DNA of 64,000 bases, from contig JBMOLI010000010.1 in NCBI GenBank assembly GCA_049325515.1, positions 49,602 to 113,601 on the forward strand. The letters run 5' to 3'. Numbering within the stretch: the first letter of the stretch is position 1; each line of letters starts with the position of its first letter. Made by a program: the position numbers and the translations under genes. Positions 9,778-17,628 of the stretch are shown here, one piece after another. The notes below the pieces were generated by a model. That model ran no database searches and was not told where the DNA came from. It was given only the letters and a program-made list of their open reading frames with translations. This stretch comes from Actinomycetota bacterium. GTDB lineage: Bacteria; Actinomycetota; Acidimicrobiia; Acidimicrobiales; VFJN01.

Positions 9778-11015
9778 GCGTCCTCTTCGTACTCGAAGCT
9801 GAGGCGCCCGATGTGGACGATGTCGCCCTCGCGGGCCCCGGCGCGGGCCAGTGCCCGGTCGATCCCGATCGACTTCAGCCGCCGGTGCGCCTCGTCCATC
9901 GCCTCCACCTGGGTCAGATCGGACAGCGCGACGGCGCGCTCTGCTTGGCGGCCGATCACGTGCCAGGCGCCGCTGTCGTCTCGCTCGATGCGGAAGCCCT
10001 CGGCGACTGGGCGGTGGACGACGAAGGCCTCGGGCTCCGGAAGCTGCGATCGTGCCTCCTTCACTGCCGCCGCCATCGCCCCGAGGAGCGGCCTGATGCC
10101 CTCCCCGGTGACCGAGGCGATGCGTAGCCCCTCGAACCGGACGTCGTCCTCTGCCAGGTCCGCCCGAGATCCGACGACGATGCGGGGGCGTTCCAGCAGA
10201 TCCGGCTGGTATTGCCCAAGCTCGGTGAGAAGGATGCGCTCCTGCTCAACGGGCGAGTGCTCGGCGGTGGGCGCCAGATCGAGGAGCAGCACGAGCACTC
10301 GGGCGCGCTCGACGTGGCGCAGGAACTGATGGCCGAGCCCGCGGCCTTCGCTGGCCCCTTCGATGAGACCGGGCAGGTCGGCCACGACGAACTGCGTGTC
10401 GTCGTCGAGGCGCACGACTCCGAGGTTGGGTTCGAGCGTGGTGAAGGGGTAGTCAGCGATCTTCGGCTTGGCCGCAGAGATGACGGAGATGAGCGTCGAC
10501 TTGCCCACGCTCGGGAAGCCCACGAGCGCGACGTCGGCCATCAGCTTGAGCTCGAGGCGGAGCCACCGCTCCTCCCCCACCTCGCCCTGTTCGGCGAAGG
10601 CCGGGGCGCGCCGCCGGTTCGACAGGAAGCGCGCGTTGCCCCGACCGCCACGCCCTCCCTCGGCCGCCATCCAGCGCTGGCCGGCGTGAACGAGGTCGGC
10701 CAGCACGACGCCCTGCTGGTCCTTCACGACGGTGCCCTCGGGCACGGGCACCTCGATGTCGTCGCCCCCGTGGCCGTGCTTGCCCTTGCCCTTGCCGTGC
10801 GTGCCGCTCTTGGCGGCCCGGTGCGGGTGATCCTTGAAGGCGATCAGCGAGGAGACGTTGTGGTCGACGACGAGCCAGACATCGCCGCCCGAGCCACCGT
10901 CACCGCCGTCGGGCCCGCCCATGGGCGTGTGCGCCTCGCGCCTGAACGACACGCAGCCCGCACCGCCATCGCCGCCCTTGACGTGCAGCCCACACTCATC
11001 GACGAACTGCGACAC
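9774..11015 (-). CDS. obg: GTPase Obg/CgtA
   Basis: Obg-fold N-terminus (FVDECGLHVKGGDGGAGCVSFRRE), G1 GFPSVGKST, G3 DLPGLIEGA, and a C-terminal TGS/OCT-like tail. GTG start. Confidence 0.95.
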   Translation of the reverse strand: MSQFVDECGLHVKGGDGGAGCVSFRREAHTPMGGPDGGDGGSGGDVWLVVDHNVSSLIAFKDHPHRAAKSGTHGKGKGKHGHGGDDIEVPVPEGTVVKDQQGVVLADLVHAGQRWMAAEGGRGGRGNARFLSNRRRAPAFAEQGEVGEERWLRLELKLMADVALVGFPSVGKSTLISVISAAKPKIADYPFTTLEPNLGVVRLDDDTQFVVADLPGLIEGASEGRGLGHQFLRHVERARVLVLLLDLAPTAEHSPVEQERILLTELGQYQPDLLERPRIVVGSRADLAEDDVRFEGLRIASVTGEGIRPLLGAMAAAVKEARSQLPEPEAFVVHRPVAEGFRIERDDSGAWHVIGRQAERAVALSDLTQVEAMDEAHRRLKSIGIDRALARAGAREGDIVHIGRLSFEYEEDA

Positions 11016-11092
11016 CCAAGCAGGCTACGGGAGGAGCAACGAGGCGAGGGAACCCACGTAGCTCCGGCCTGCACTCCGCGTCGCTGTAGCCG

Positions 11093-11626
11093 TCAGGCCA
11101 GGTTGCAGGTGACCTTGCCAGCGCCGTTGACGCTGCAGGTGACGACTCGCTGCACGATGACTCCGCCTACATCTGCCCGAATGCTGCGGCTACCAGCGGC
11201 GGTGAAGGTGACCACCGGTGGCACACCGGTGAAGCCAGTCGGTGGGACCACATCCCAGACGGGCACCGTGGGCGACGGATCCGGGTTCAGGCTGAAGACG
11301 CAGTCGTTCTTGTTGCCATTGGTGCCTGTGCAATCGCCCTGGATCGTCCCCGTGTAGGCCGGCGGTGCCGTGGTTGGCGTCGTCGTCGTGGCGCCTCCAC
11401 CTCCTCCGCCGCCACCCGTCGTGGTGCTGGTCACGCCCTCCGCCGCAGGGTGCCCGATGCTCCCGCCGCTGGCGCCGAGCTCATCTTCGGCTTCACCTTG
11501 CACGAACTGAAGGGCGCCGATCAGGGCAACAGCGACCAGCCCCATCCCGAGGGAGTACTCGACAAGGGTGGCACCGCGCGCGCCACCACTTCGGCGACGG
11601 CTGATCGCTTGGAGGATTCGACGCAT
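11093..11626 (-). CDS. Flp-type prepilin-like protein with extended C-terminal domain
   Basis: Internal ATG chosen, 2 nt downstream of the preceding stop. Basic leader, then RG/ATLVEYSLGMGLVAVALIGAL matching the Flp G/XXXXEY processing motif. Then a Gly8 run, a Thr/Pro-rich linker, and a ~110-aa domain with four Cys. Confidence 0.65.
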   Translation of the reverse strand: MRRILQAISRRRSGGARGATLVEYSLGMGLVAVALIGALQFVQGEAEDELGASGGSIGHPAAEGVTSTTTGGGGGGGGATTTTPTTAPPAYTGTIQGDCTGTNGNKNDCVFSLNPDPSPTVPVWDVVPPTGFTGVPPVVTFTAAGSRSIRADVGGVIVQRVVTCSVNGAGKVTCNLA

Positions 11627-11628
11627 GC

Positions 11629-13236
11629 CTACTTCACCAACCTGATGCGAGCCAGACCGATCGGGTCCGGGAACGGCGGGTTGCTCGTGGGATCGCACAC
11701 CGTGCCGGGAAGCGCCCCGCAGGGGACCACGATGCCGGACACTCGGTGGATCACGTCCGAGCCGGAGCTGTCTCCACACTTCATGCCCTTGCCTGGGTAG
11801 TGAATGGCCCACGTGGTCGAGAGCAGGGGCGTCGCCGGGTTCGTCAGATCGCAGATGCCGGCGTTGTCTTGGTAGAGACCGTCGATGTAGACCGGGCTGA
11901 AGTTGTTCACGTGGACATTCGACAGGGGACCGTTGCCCTGGCAATCGGGATCGCTCGGCGGGTTGGGCTGGGTATCGCAGAGCCCGCGCTCAGCGATCCG
12001 CGGCACGAAGCCGAGCCGTTTCTGGTCGGCGATGTCGTCAGTGAACAGCTGCCCACTAGTCCAATTTGTCAGGCAGTCGCGCAGCGCCGCCCGACGCAGG
12101 TAGAACTCCGTCAGGTTCGACTTGGCGACCGTGCACGACGCCGGGCTCCCTGAGGGAAGCGAGCCCACGAAGTAATCCCAGAGCGCTGTGTCGTTCACAC
12201 CCAGCTCGGCGAACTCAGCCGTGGCGATCGGTCCAGACAGCCTGCCGGACTGGCCGCTCGTCGCCGAGGAGCCCGAAGCGCATGGAACCTCGAGCAGCGA
12301 GCACCTGAGCAGCTGCGCCGTCAGACCCGTGTCGATGTCGACTGTGTTGGGCAGGGCGACGGTGCAGCCACCCCCGCCGTCGATGCGGGCACCGGGGTTG
12401 GAATCCAACAGGTTGGCGCTGGCTCCGGGCGCAAGGGTCACCTCGGGGTCGAACACACCGATCTGGTGGTCCATGCCGACCATGATGGCGTCGACGATCG
12501 ACTGATTGCCCGTGGGCCTGTTGCAGCCCACGTAGAAGTAGGGCTTGATGGTGCCCCGACCGCCCTCATGCGTGTCGAAGCTCTGTTCGTTGCACGGGTC
12601 TAGCTGGAACCCCTGGCCATACGGATCGTCCGGAGGGGGCGGCTGGTCGGGCGGCTCGTCGCCACCGGTGCCATCCGTCCGCAGGCAGATCTGGTCGCCC
12701 GGACCGTTGAGCGAGGTCACCACGAACGGCAAGGCTCCGCCGCCCGCCGGTGTGGTCGACACCTCTGCGAAGGCACTGGATGTGAAGGAGTTGAGTCCGA
12801 CGACTCGACCGAAGGTGGTGTTGATCGTCTGGTTCGGGATGCGCACACGGACTCGATCGAACCCAGCCGAGAAGCTGATGCAGTCGGTGGCGGGGGTCAA
12901 CGCCAGCGTGACGGCTGTCCGAGTGAGGTTGGCGGGATCGGAACAGGCGGTCCACTCGCTGTTCGAGACTGTCCGCTCCAGGTCATCGTTCACCTTGGCC
13001 ACGATCTCGTCGACCGCTGCCTGCGCTGACTGCACGCGCAAGAGCTGAACCGCTCCGGATGTTGCCGCGGCGTCGACGCTGTTCTGATCGTTGCGCCGCT
13101 CCGTGTACACAAGGCCCAAGTCGAGCACGAAGGCGGCGAACACCATGAGTATCACGAGGCTCAGCGCAACGAGCGGGATGGCCAGACCTCGGTCGTCGGA
13201 TTGCCGACTCCTATGCGATCGCGTCGATCTCAACAT
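11629..13236 (-). CDS. TadG-like (Tad_N domain) pilus-associated protein
   Basis: N-terminus DDRGLAIPLVALSLVILMVFAAFVLDLGLVYTERRNDQNSVDAAATSGA matches the TadE/G-like N-terminal pattern. Large Cys-rich extracellular body. Confidence 0.7.
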   Translation of the reverse strand: MLRSTRSHRSRQSDDRGLAIPLVALSLVILMVFAAFVLDLGLVYTERRNDQNSVDAAATSGAVQLLRVQSAQAAVDEIVAKVNDDLERTVSNSEWTACSDPANLTRTAVTLALTPATDCISFSAGFDRVRVRIPNQTINTTFGRVVGLNSFTSSAFAEVSTTPAGGGALPFVVTSLNGPGDQICLRTDGTGGDEPPDQPPPPDDPYGQGFQLDPCNEQSFDTHEGGRGTIKPYFYVGCNRPTGNQSIVDAIMVGMDHQIGVFDPEVTLAPGASANLLDSNPGARIDGGGGCTVALPNTVDIDTGLTAQLLRCSLLEVPCASGSSATSGQSGRLSGPIATAEFAELGVNDTALWDYFVGSLPSGSPASCTVAKSNLTEFYLRRAALRDCLTNWTSGQLFTDDIADQKRLGFVPRIAERGLCDTQPNPPSDPDCQGNGPLSNVHVNNFSPVYIDGLYQDNAGICDLTNPATPLLSTTWAIHYPGKGMKCGDSSGSDVIHRVSGIVVPCGALPGTVCDPTSNPPFPDPIGLARIRLVK

Positions 13237-13778
13237 GTGAAGTTGTCCGTCGCTGTGAGGTCCGCGTAGGTCGCTGGCTGCTCGAGCCTTGTCTTCACCG
13301 TCGAGTCCAGCGTGACGCCATTGAGCGCGAACGCAAGGAAGTTGGTCAGCTGCTGAAGATCCTTGGTGATCGTCACGGTCACCTCATCACCGATGTCGAA
13401 GATCGTGGCGTCTCCCGCGCCGTCCGCGACGAGCGACCCGTTGACATCGATCTGCACCTGGACCGGGGGCCCCGTGTCGGCATCCATCCGGTTGCAGATC
13501 TCCCGAGCGATCCGCGCCTGCTGGGTGGACTCCCCGTTTGAGGGGTTGGCATTGACTGCGGCCAACCGGATCCCCTCCCGCGCCCCATGACGTACGTCCA
13601 GGTTCTGCCTGAAAGCCCATCCGAACTCGATGATGCCGAAGATGAGCAGGAACAGCAGCGGCATGATGATCGCAAACTCGACCAGTGCTACGCCCTTGTC
13701 GCCGCGACCCCTTCGCTCGGGGAGGGCGGCCTTCAGGGCGCCGCGCCGGGGCCCGCGATGACTGGAGAGTGGTTGCAT
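13230..13778 (-). CDS. TadE-like pseudopilin
   Basis: Internal ATG start. KG/VALVEFAIIMPLLFLLIFGIIEFGWAF...GAREGIRLAAV is the TadE family pattern, with a G-X4-EF prepilin-type motif. Confidence 0.75.
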   Translation of the reverse strand: MQPLSSHRGPRRGALKAALPERRGRGDKGVALVEFAIIMPLLFLLIFGIIEFGWAFRQNLDVRHGAREGIRLAAVNANPSNGESTQQARIAREICNRMDADTGPPVQVQIDVNGSLVADGAGDATIFDIGDEVTVTITKDLQQLTNFLAFALNGVTLDSTVKTRLEQPATYADLTATDNFTC

Positions 13779-13858
13779 CACGGGGGTGATCGTACGGAAC
13801 TCGGCTCGTGTTATGGGGCGTGGTGGAAATTTCACGGAAAGTGGTTCTTTCGGCCCAC

Positions 13859-14878
13859 TCAGTCGGTGAGCGCCACGATCCTCGCTCCGTTGGCGTCGGC
13901 TGGCCCCACGATCCCGCCGGTGTTGACGGTGGCGCGGCCCAGGAAGGTGCCGTCCACGTCGTGGTTCTCGACCTTCGTGATCTGGAAGAGGCCCAGATCG
14001 CTGCAGAACATCGAGAACCCGGAGCCAGTCTGGCCGTTGCCGCGCGGGCAGAGGGGCAGCACCAGCACGCAACCGACCGTGTAGTCGGGGCTGCACGCAG
14101 TCCCGGAGTTGACGAGGCGCACGGTGGGACCGTTGGCGTTGCCCGTGTCGGCGTCCCACGACCCGGGGATCGAGTAGCTGGGGGCGTCGCAGCTGTTCTC
14201 GTCGAGACAGACGTTGCCGCGGTAGCTGGAAGAGTCGTTTCCGCAGTCCTTGCCGTCTTGCCTGATCTCGTTGCCGTAGAGGTCGTAGGTGACACCGATG
14301 GCCGCCGGGTTGACGCTGAAGCCCTCGGGACCGGCCAGGTCGGGGATGAGGATCTGCGGCACATGGCCTGGCGCTGTGGCACATACGAGGAAGGGTGCGA
14401 CATATGGCCCGCCTGGCCGGCCGATCTGCGCGGTCGCGTCCGCGGCGGCGGTGAACGAGGTGTTACCGAGCGCGCGCATGAAGAACGTCTCCTGTGTGGA
14501 ACCCGTGGTGACCCGCACACCCGCGGCCACCAGCCGGGTGGCGGGCGACATCGTGGCAGACGTAGGGCACGGCTCGATCACTGCTCGGGCAAAGGTGACG
14601 AGCTGGCAGGTGACCTTGCCGGGGTCCGCGCCGTTCTGCTCGGCCGTGTCCGCCACCGCGTCGGCGATGGCACCGGCGTCGGAGATGACCCCAGTCAGAT
14701 AGAGGTCGAGCTTGCGGGTGCCTGCCATCGCCGCGCTGTCGGCGGCATTCTGCATCTCCCGGCGCTCGGCGTAGGCGCGCCCGCCGTCCAAGGCCAGCCC
14801 GGCCATACCGGTGAGAGTCAGCGCCGAGACGGCGATGATCACGAGGGTCGCGCCGCGCTCATGTTTGGTGCGTCGCAT
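13859..14878 (-). CDS. TadG-like (Tad_N domain) pilus-associated protein
   Basis: ERGATLVIIAVSALTLTGMAGLALDGGRAYAERREMQNAADSAAMAG matches the Tad_N pattern. Cys-rich C-terminal body. Confidence 0.75.
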   Translation of the reverse strand: MRRTKHERGATLVIIAVSALTLTGMAGLALDGGRAYAERREMQNAADSAAMAGTRKLDLYLTGVISDAGAIADAVADTAEQNGADPGKVTCQLVTFARAVIEPCPTSATMSPATRLVAAGVRVTTGSTQETFFMRALGNTSFTAAADATAQIGRPGGPYVAPFLVCATAPGHVPQILIPDLAGPEGFSVNPAAIGVTYDLYGNEIRQDGKDCGNDSSSYRGNVCLDENSCDAPSYSIPGSWDADTGNANGPTVRLVNSGTACSPDYTVGCVLVLPLCPRGNGQTGSGFSMFCSDLGLFQITKVENHDVDGTFLGRATVNTGGIVGPADANGARIVALTD

Positions 14879-14886
14879 GAAGGCTC

Positions 14887-16329
14887 CTATGTGAGGGTGA
14901 GCGTGCCAGTCACGGTTGTCCCGCTCGACGTGACGGTGACGATGCGAGTCGAGGGGGCGGGCATCCAGTTCCTGGTCCCGTTGGCGATGGTGTACTCACA
15001 CGAGACGCCGCTGCAGACCATCGCCTTCGGCGTGGTGAGGTCGGTCGCCGTGCCCGCCGGGCCGCTGGCGCCGGGCGTCACCGTGATCGATGGCACCGCA
15101 CACAGCACGGTGCTGCTGCGCGTGACGGTGATCCGCACTCTGCGCCTGATGTCCTGGTTGCCGGTGCGCCGCACGGGCGCACTCGATGGCGAGATGAGAA
15201 GGTTGGAAAGGACGCACGGGATGACGGGATCGCTCACGACGAGGGTGATGGCTGTGGTCGTGCCGGTGGCTGAGGCGGTGACGGTGTAGGTCGAGGCAGT
15301 CCATGTCCCCTGTCCAGCCGGCATGGTGAACCTGTAGGAGGTTCCCGACACGAGGCTCATCGCCTGGGGGCCCGCGTAGCCCGCCTGGGCGGGGAACGTG
15401 AGGGTCGGGACGCCACATGCCCCGATGTCGCTCACGGTCACGTCGAACACGATCTGGGGCAGGTCACCGCTGGAGTGCGTGGTCGCGCTGGGCGATGCGG
15501 TACCGGCCGAGATGACGCACACGGTCGGTTCGACGACGGTGAGCGTGATCGGGGAGGTGGTGGCTCCGCCGTTGGCGCTGGCCGTCACGGTCTTGGCGCC
15601 TGCGGTCCAGAGGCCCTGCCCGGCCGGCATCGTGAAGGTGAACGTGCTGCCGCTTACGAGCGCCATGGTCTGAGACCCGGAGTAGGCGGCTTCCGCCGGG
15701 AACGACAGCCGAGGGGTGCCGCACGAGGCGAGGTCGCTGACAGTCACGGAGAAGGCGACCGCCGGCAACAGGCCCGCCGAGTGGGTGACGGACGCGGGGG
15801 TCGCCGACGCCGCGCTGAACGAACACGTCGTGGGCGTGGTCGAGCCCGAAGGCGGGGTGCCGACGATGCGCATGACGGCCTTGTCCGTGCGGAAGCCACT
15901 CCCTACGAACCCCGTGATCCCGCCTCGCCGGTTCCACGTGACGCTGACCTCTATGAAGTCGCGGCCCAGCTCGATCGAGTCACCGCTCACCGTGCTGCAC
16001 GACCCGCTCGACGGCCGGGCGCTGCCATCAGGGTTGAGGCAGCGGACCGTCACAGCCGGCGTGCCCTTGACGTTGCCCGCCAGCCGCTCGTTGACCGCCG
16101 CCGCGATCAGATCGTGGTTGGCGCTCCCCGGGACATGCGCGCCGTCGTACTGGAGGATGCCGACGCGGGCCCCCTCCCGTGCGGCGTTGCTCCCGGCCGC
16201 GTCGGACAGCTCCGCCAGTGCGAAGTCGGCCAGCGCGAGGATCAGCGCCAGCAGCACCGGCACCACGAACGCGAACTCGACGATCACCGCTCCGCGATCG
16301 CGGGACTTGCCACCTGCGCCTCGTCTCAC
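14887..16329 (-). CDS. TadE-like pseudopilin with three tandem ~100-aa C-terminal repeats
   Basis: RG/AVIVEFAFVVPVLLALILALADFALA...AAREGARVG is a TadE N-terminus. Residues ~168-268 and ~270-368 are clearly repeated (…VTVSD[LI][AG][SA]CG.P.L[ST]FPA.A.Y.G.Q.M.LVSG..[FY].FTMPAGQG.WTA...). A third, divergent copy follows. Confidence 0.75.
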   Translation of the reverse strand: MRRGAGGKSRDRGAVIVEFAFVVPVLLALILALADFALAELSDAAGSNAAREGARVGILQYDGAHVPGSANHDLIAAAVNERLAGNVKGTPAVTVRCLNPDGSARPSSGSCSTVSGDSIELGRDFIEVSVTWNRRGGITGFVGSGFRTDKAVMRIVGTPPSGSTTPTTCSFSAASATPASVTHSAGLLPAVAFSVTVSDLASCGTPRLSFPAEAAYSGSQTMALVSGSTFTFTMPAGQGLWTAGAKTVTASANGGATTSPITLTVVEPTVCVISAGTASPSATTHSSGDLPQIVFDVTVSDIGACGVPTLTFPAQAGYAGPQAMSLVSGTSYRFTMPAGQGTWTASTYTVTASATGTTTAITLVVSDPVIPCVLSNLLISPSSAPVRRTGNQDIRRRVRITVTRSSTVLCAVPSITVTPGASGPAGTATDLTTPKAMVCSGVSCEYTIANGTRNWMPAPSTRIVTVTSSGTTVTGTLTLT

Positions 16330-16808
16330 TGGACGACGACCTCGACGTCGGCGCGGATCGTGGGTGATCCGAAGAGGGCCGACCCGAGCGGGCTGAGTGG
16401 TGTGAAGGGTGCGCTCACGCTGACCTCGATGTGGTCGCCGGGCGTGATCGTGAACGACGAAGGCGTCTGGCAGCCGGAGTAGGCAGTGCCGTTCTTCGTC
16501 GTGGTGACGACCAGATCGGTCCGGCGCGAGCCACCCTCGGTCTGGGCGCGGTAGACGATGTTGTCTGGGTTGGCGCAGGCTGAGCCGGAGGCGCTCTGGG
16601 ACCAGGGGTCGCGCTCGGCGAAGACGGCTCCCTCTCGCGCAGCGTTCTTCACCTGGTTCCAGGTGATGAAGGCGCGGCCCAGGTCGATGGCTCCGAAGAC
16701 GATCACTCCCAGGAAGACGAAGCCGATGGCAAACTCGATGATCGCGACACCGCGGTCCGCGCCTGGGAGGCGCGCTGTGCTACGCCTTCCCCGTGCCCCC
16801 GTTGTCAT
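16326..16808 (-). CDS. TadE-like pseudopilin
   Basis: RG/VAIIEFAIGFVFLGVIVFGAIDLGRAF...NAAREGAVFA is the TadE pattern. The stop overlaps the start of the next gene. Confidence 0.8.
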   Translation of the reverse strand: MTTGARGRRSTARLPGADRGVAIIEFAIGFVFLGVIVFGAIDLGRAFITWNQVKNAAREGAVFAERDPWSQSASGSACANPDNIVYRAQTEGGSRRTDLVVTTTKNGTAYSGCQTPSSFTITPGDHIEVSVSAPFTPLSPLGSALFGSPTIRADVEVVVQ

Positions 16809-16953
16809 GGCGTGATATTGACATCGGGGCGCGCGAACTTCGGTGATACTCGGGTGCCCAATGGACTACTGAGTGAGCGCCGCTATTCAGCGATCGGCGC
16901 CGGGTACATTGAGTCCAATTCGCCTATGCACCATTGGGGCTATATGCCCGATA
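16809..16953 (-). promoter_or_regulatory. AT-richer spacer between rpmA and the pseudopilin cassette; probable promoter and rpmA terminator region
   Basis: This stretch is visibly less GC-rich than its surroundings. An imperfect hairpin (GGGCTATAT GCCCG ATATCAGCCC) overlaps the rpmA stop. No convincing -35/-10 pair could be assigned. Confidence 0.3.
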
Positions 16954-17211
16954 TCAGCCCTCGGTGACGAGGATGTCGACCAGCTTGCGACCCTTGCGCT
17001 GGCCGAACTTCACCTTGCCGTCGGCGGTGGCGAACAGCGTGTCGTCGCCCCCGCGGCCCACGTTCTCACCGGGGTGGAACTTGGTGCCGCGCTGGCGCAC
17101 GATGATCGTGCCGGCGGTGACGGCAGTGCCGTCGAACTTCTTCACGCCGAGGCGCTGGGCGTTGGAGTCGCGGCCGTTGCGGGTGGAACCGCCGCCCTTG
17201 GTCTTGGACAT
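16954..17211 (-). CDS. rpmA: 50S ribosomal protein L27
   Basis: [28 protein letters not shown]...[17 protein letters not shown] is a canonical L27 sequence. Confidence 0.97.
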   Translation of the reverse strand: MSKTKGGGSTRNGRDSNAQRLGVKKFDGTAVTAGTIIVRQRGTKFHPGENVGRGGDDTLFATADGKVKFGQRKGRKLVDILVTEG

Positions 17212-17223
17212 GTCGTCTCTCTC

Positions 17224-17535
17224 CTAGCCCTTCGAGATGCCGGTGATCTCGATGGCGCTGTAGTGCTGGCGATGGCCCCAGCGCTTGCGCTGGTTGCTCT
17301 TGTTCTTGTACTTGAAGCCCGTGATCTTGGGGCCGGTGGCCTCGCCGACCACCTTGGCCGTCACGCTGGCACCCGAGAGCTGCGCGGGGGTGGCGAGAAC
17401 GGTGTCGCCGTCGACGAGGAGGACAGGCGTGAGGCTGACCTCGTCGCCGATCTCCTTGCCGAGCTTCTCGACGTTGAGGACCTGGCCGGCCTCGACCTTC
17501 TCCTGCTTGCCACCGGTCTTGATCACTGCGTACAT
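17224..17535 (-). CDS. rplU: 50S ribosomal protein L21
   Basis: Internal ATG start. MYAVIKTGGKQEKVEAGQVL...KRWGHRQHY is a canonical L21 sequence. Confidence 0.95.
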   Translation of the reverse strand: MYAVIKTGGKQEKVEAGQVLNVEKLGKEIGDEVSLTPVLLVDGDTVLATPAQLSGASVTAKVVGEATGPKITGFKYKNKSNQRKRWGHRQHYSAIEITGISKG

Positions 17536-17628
17536 GGGGCTCTTCCTGGTGCGCACTGCCTGTGGCACGTGCCGATGCGGGACGGATGATGCTACCCCGA
17601 GGGCGCAGGAAGCCTCAATCCGGGGACG

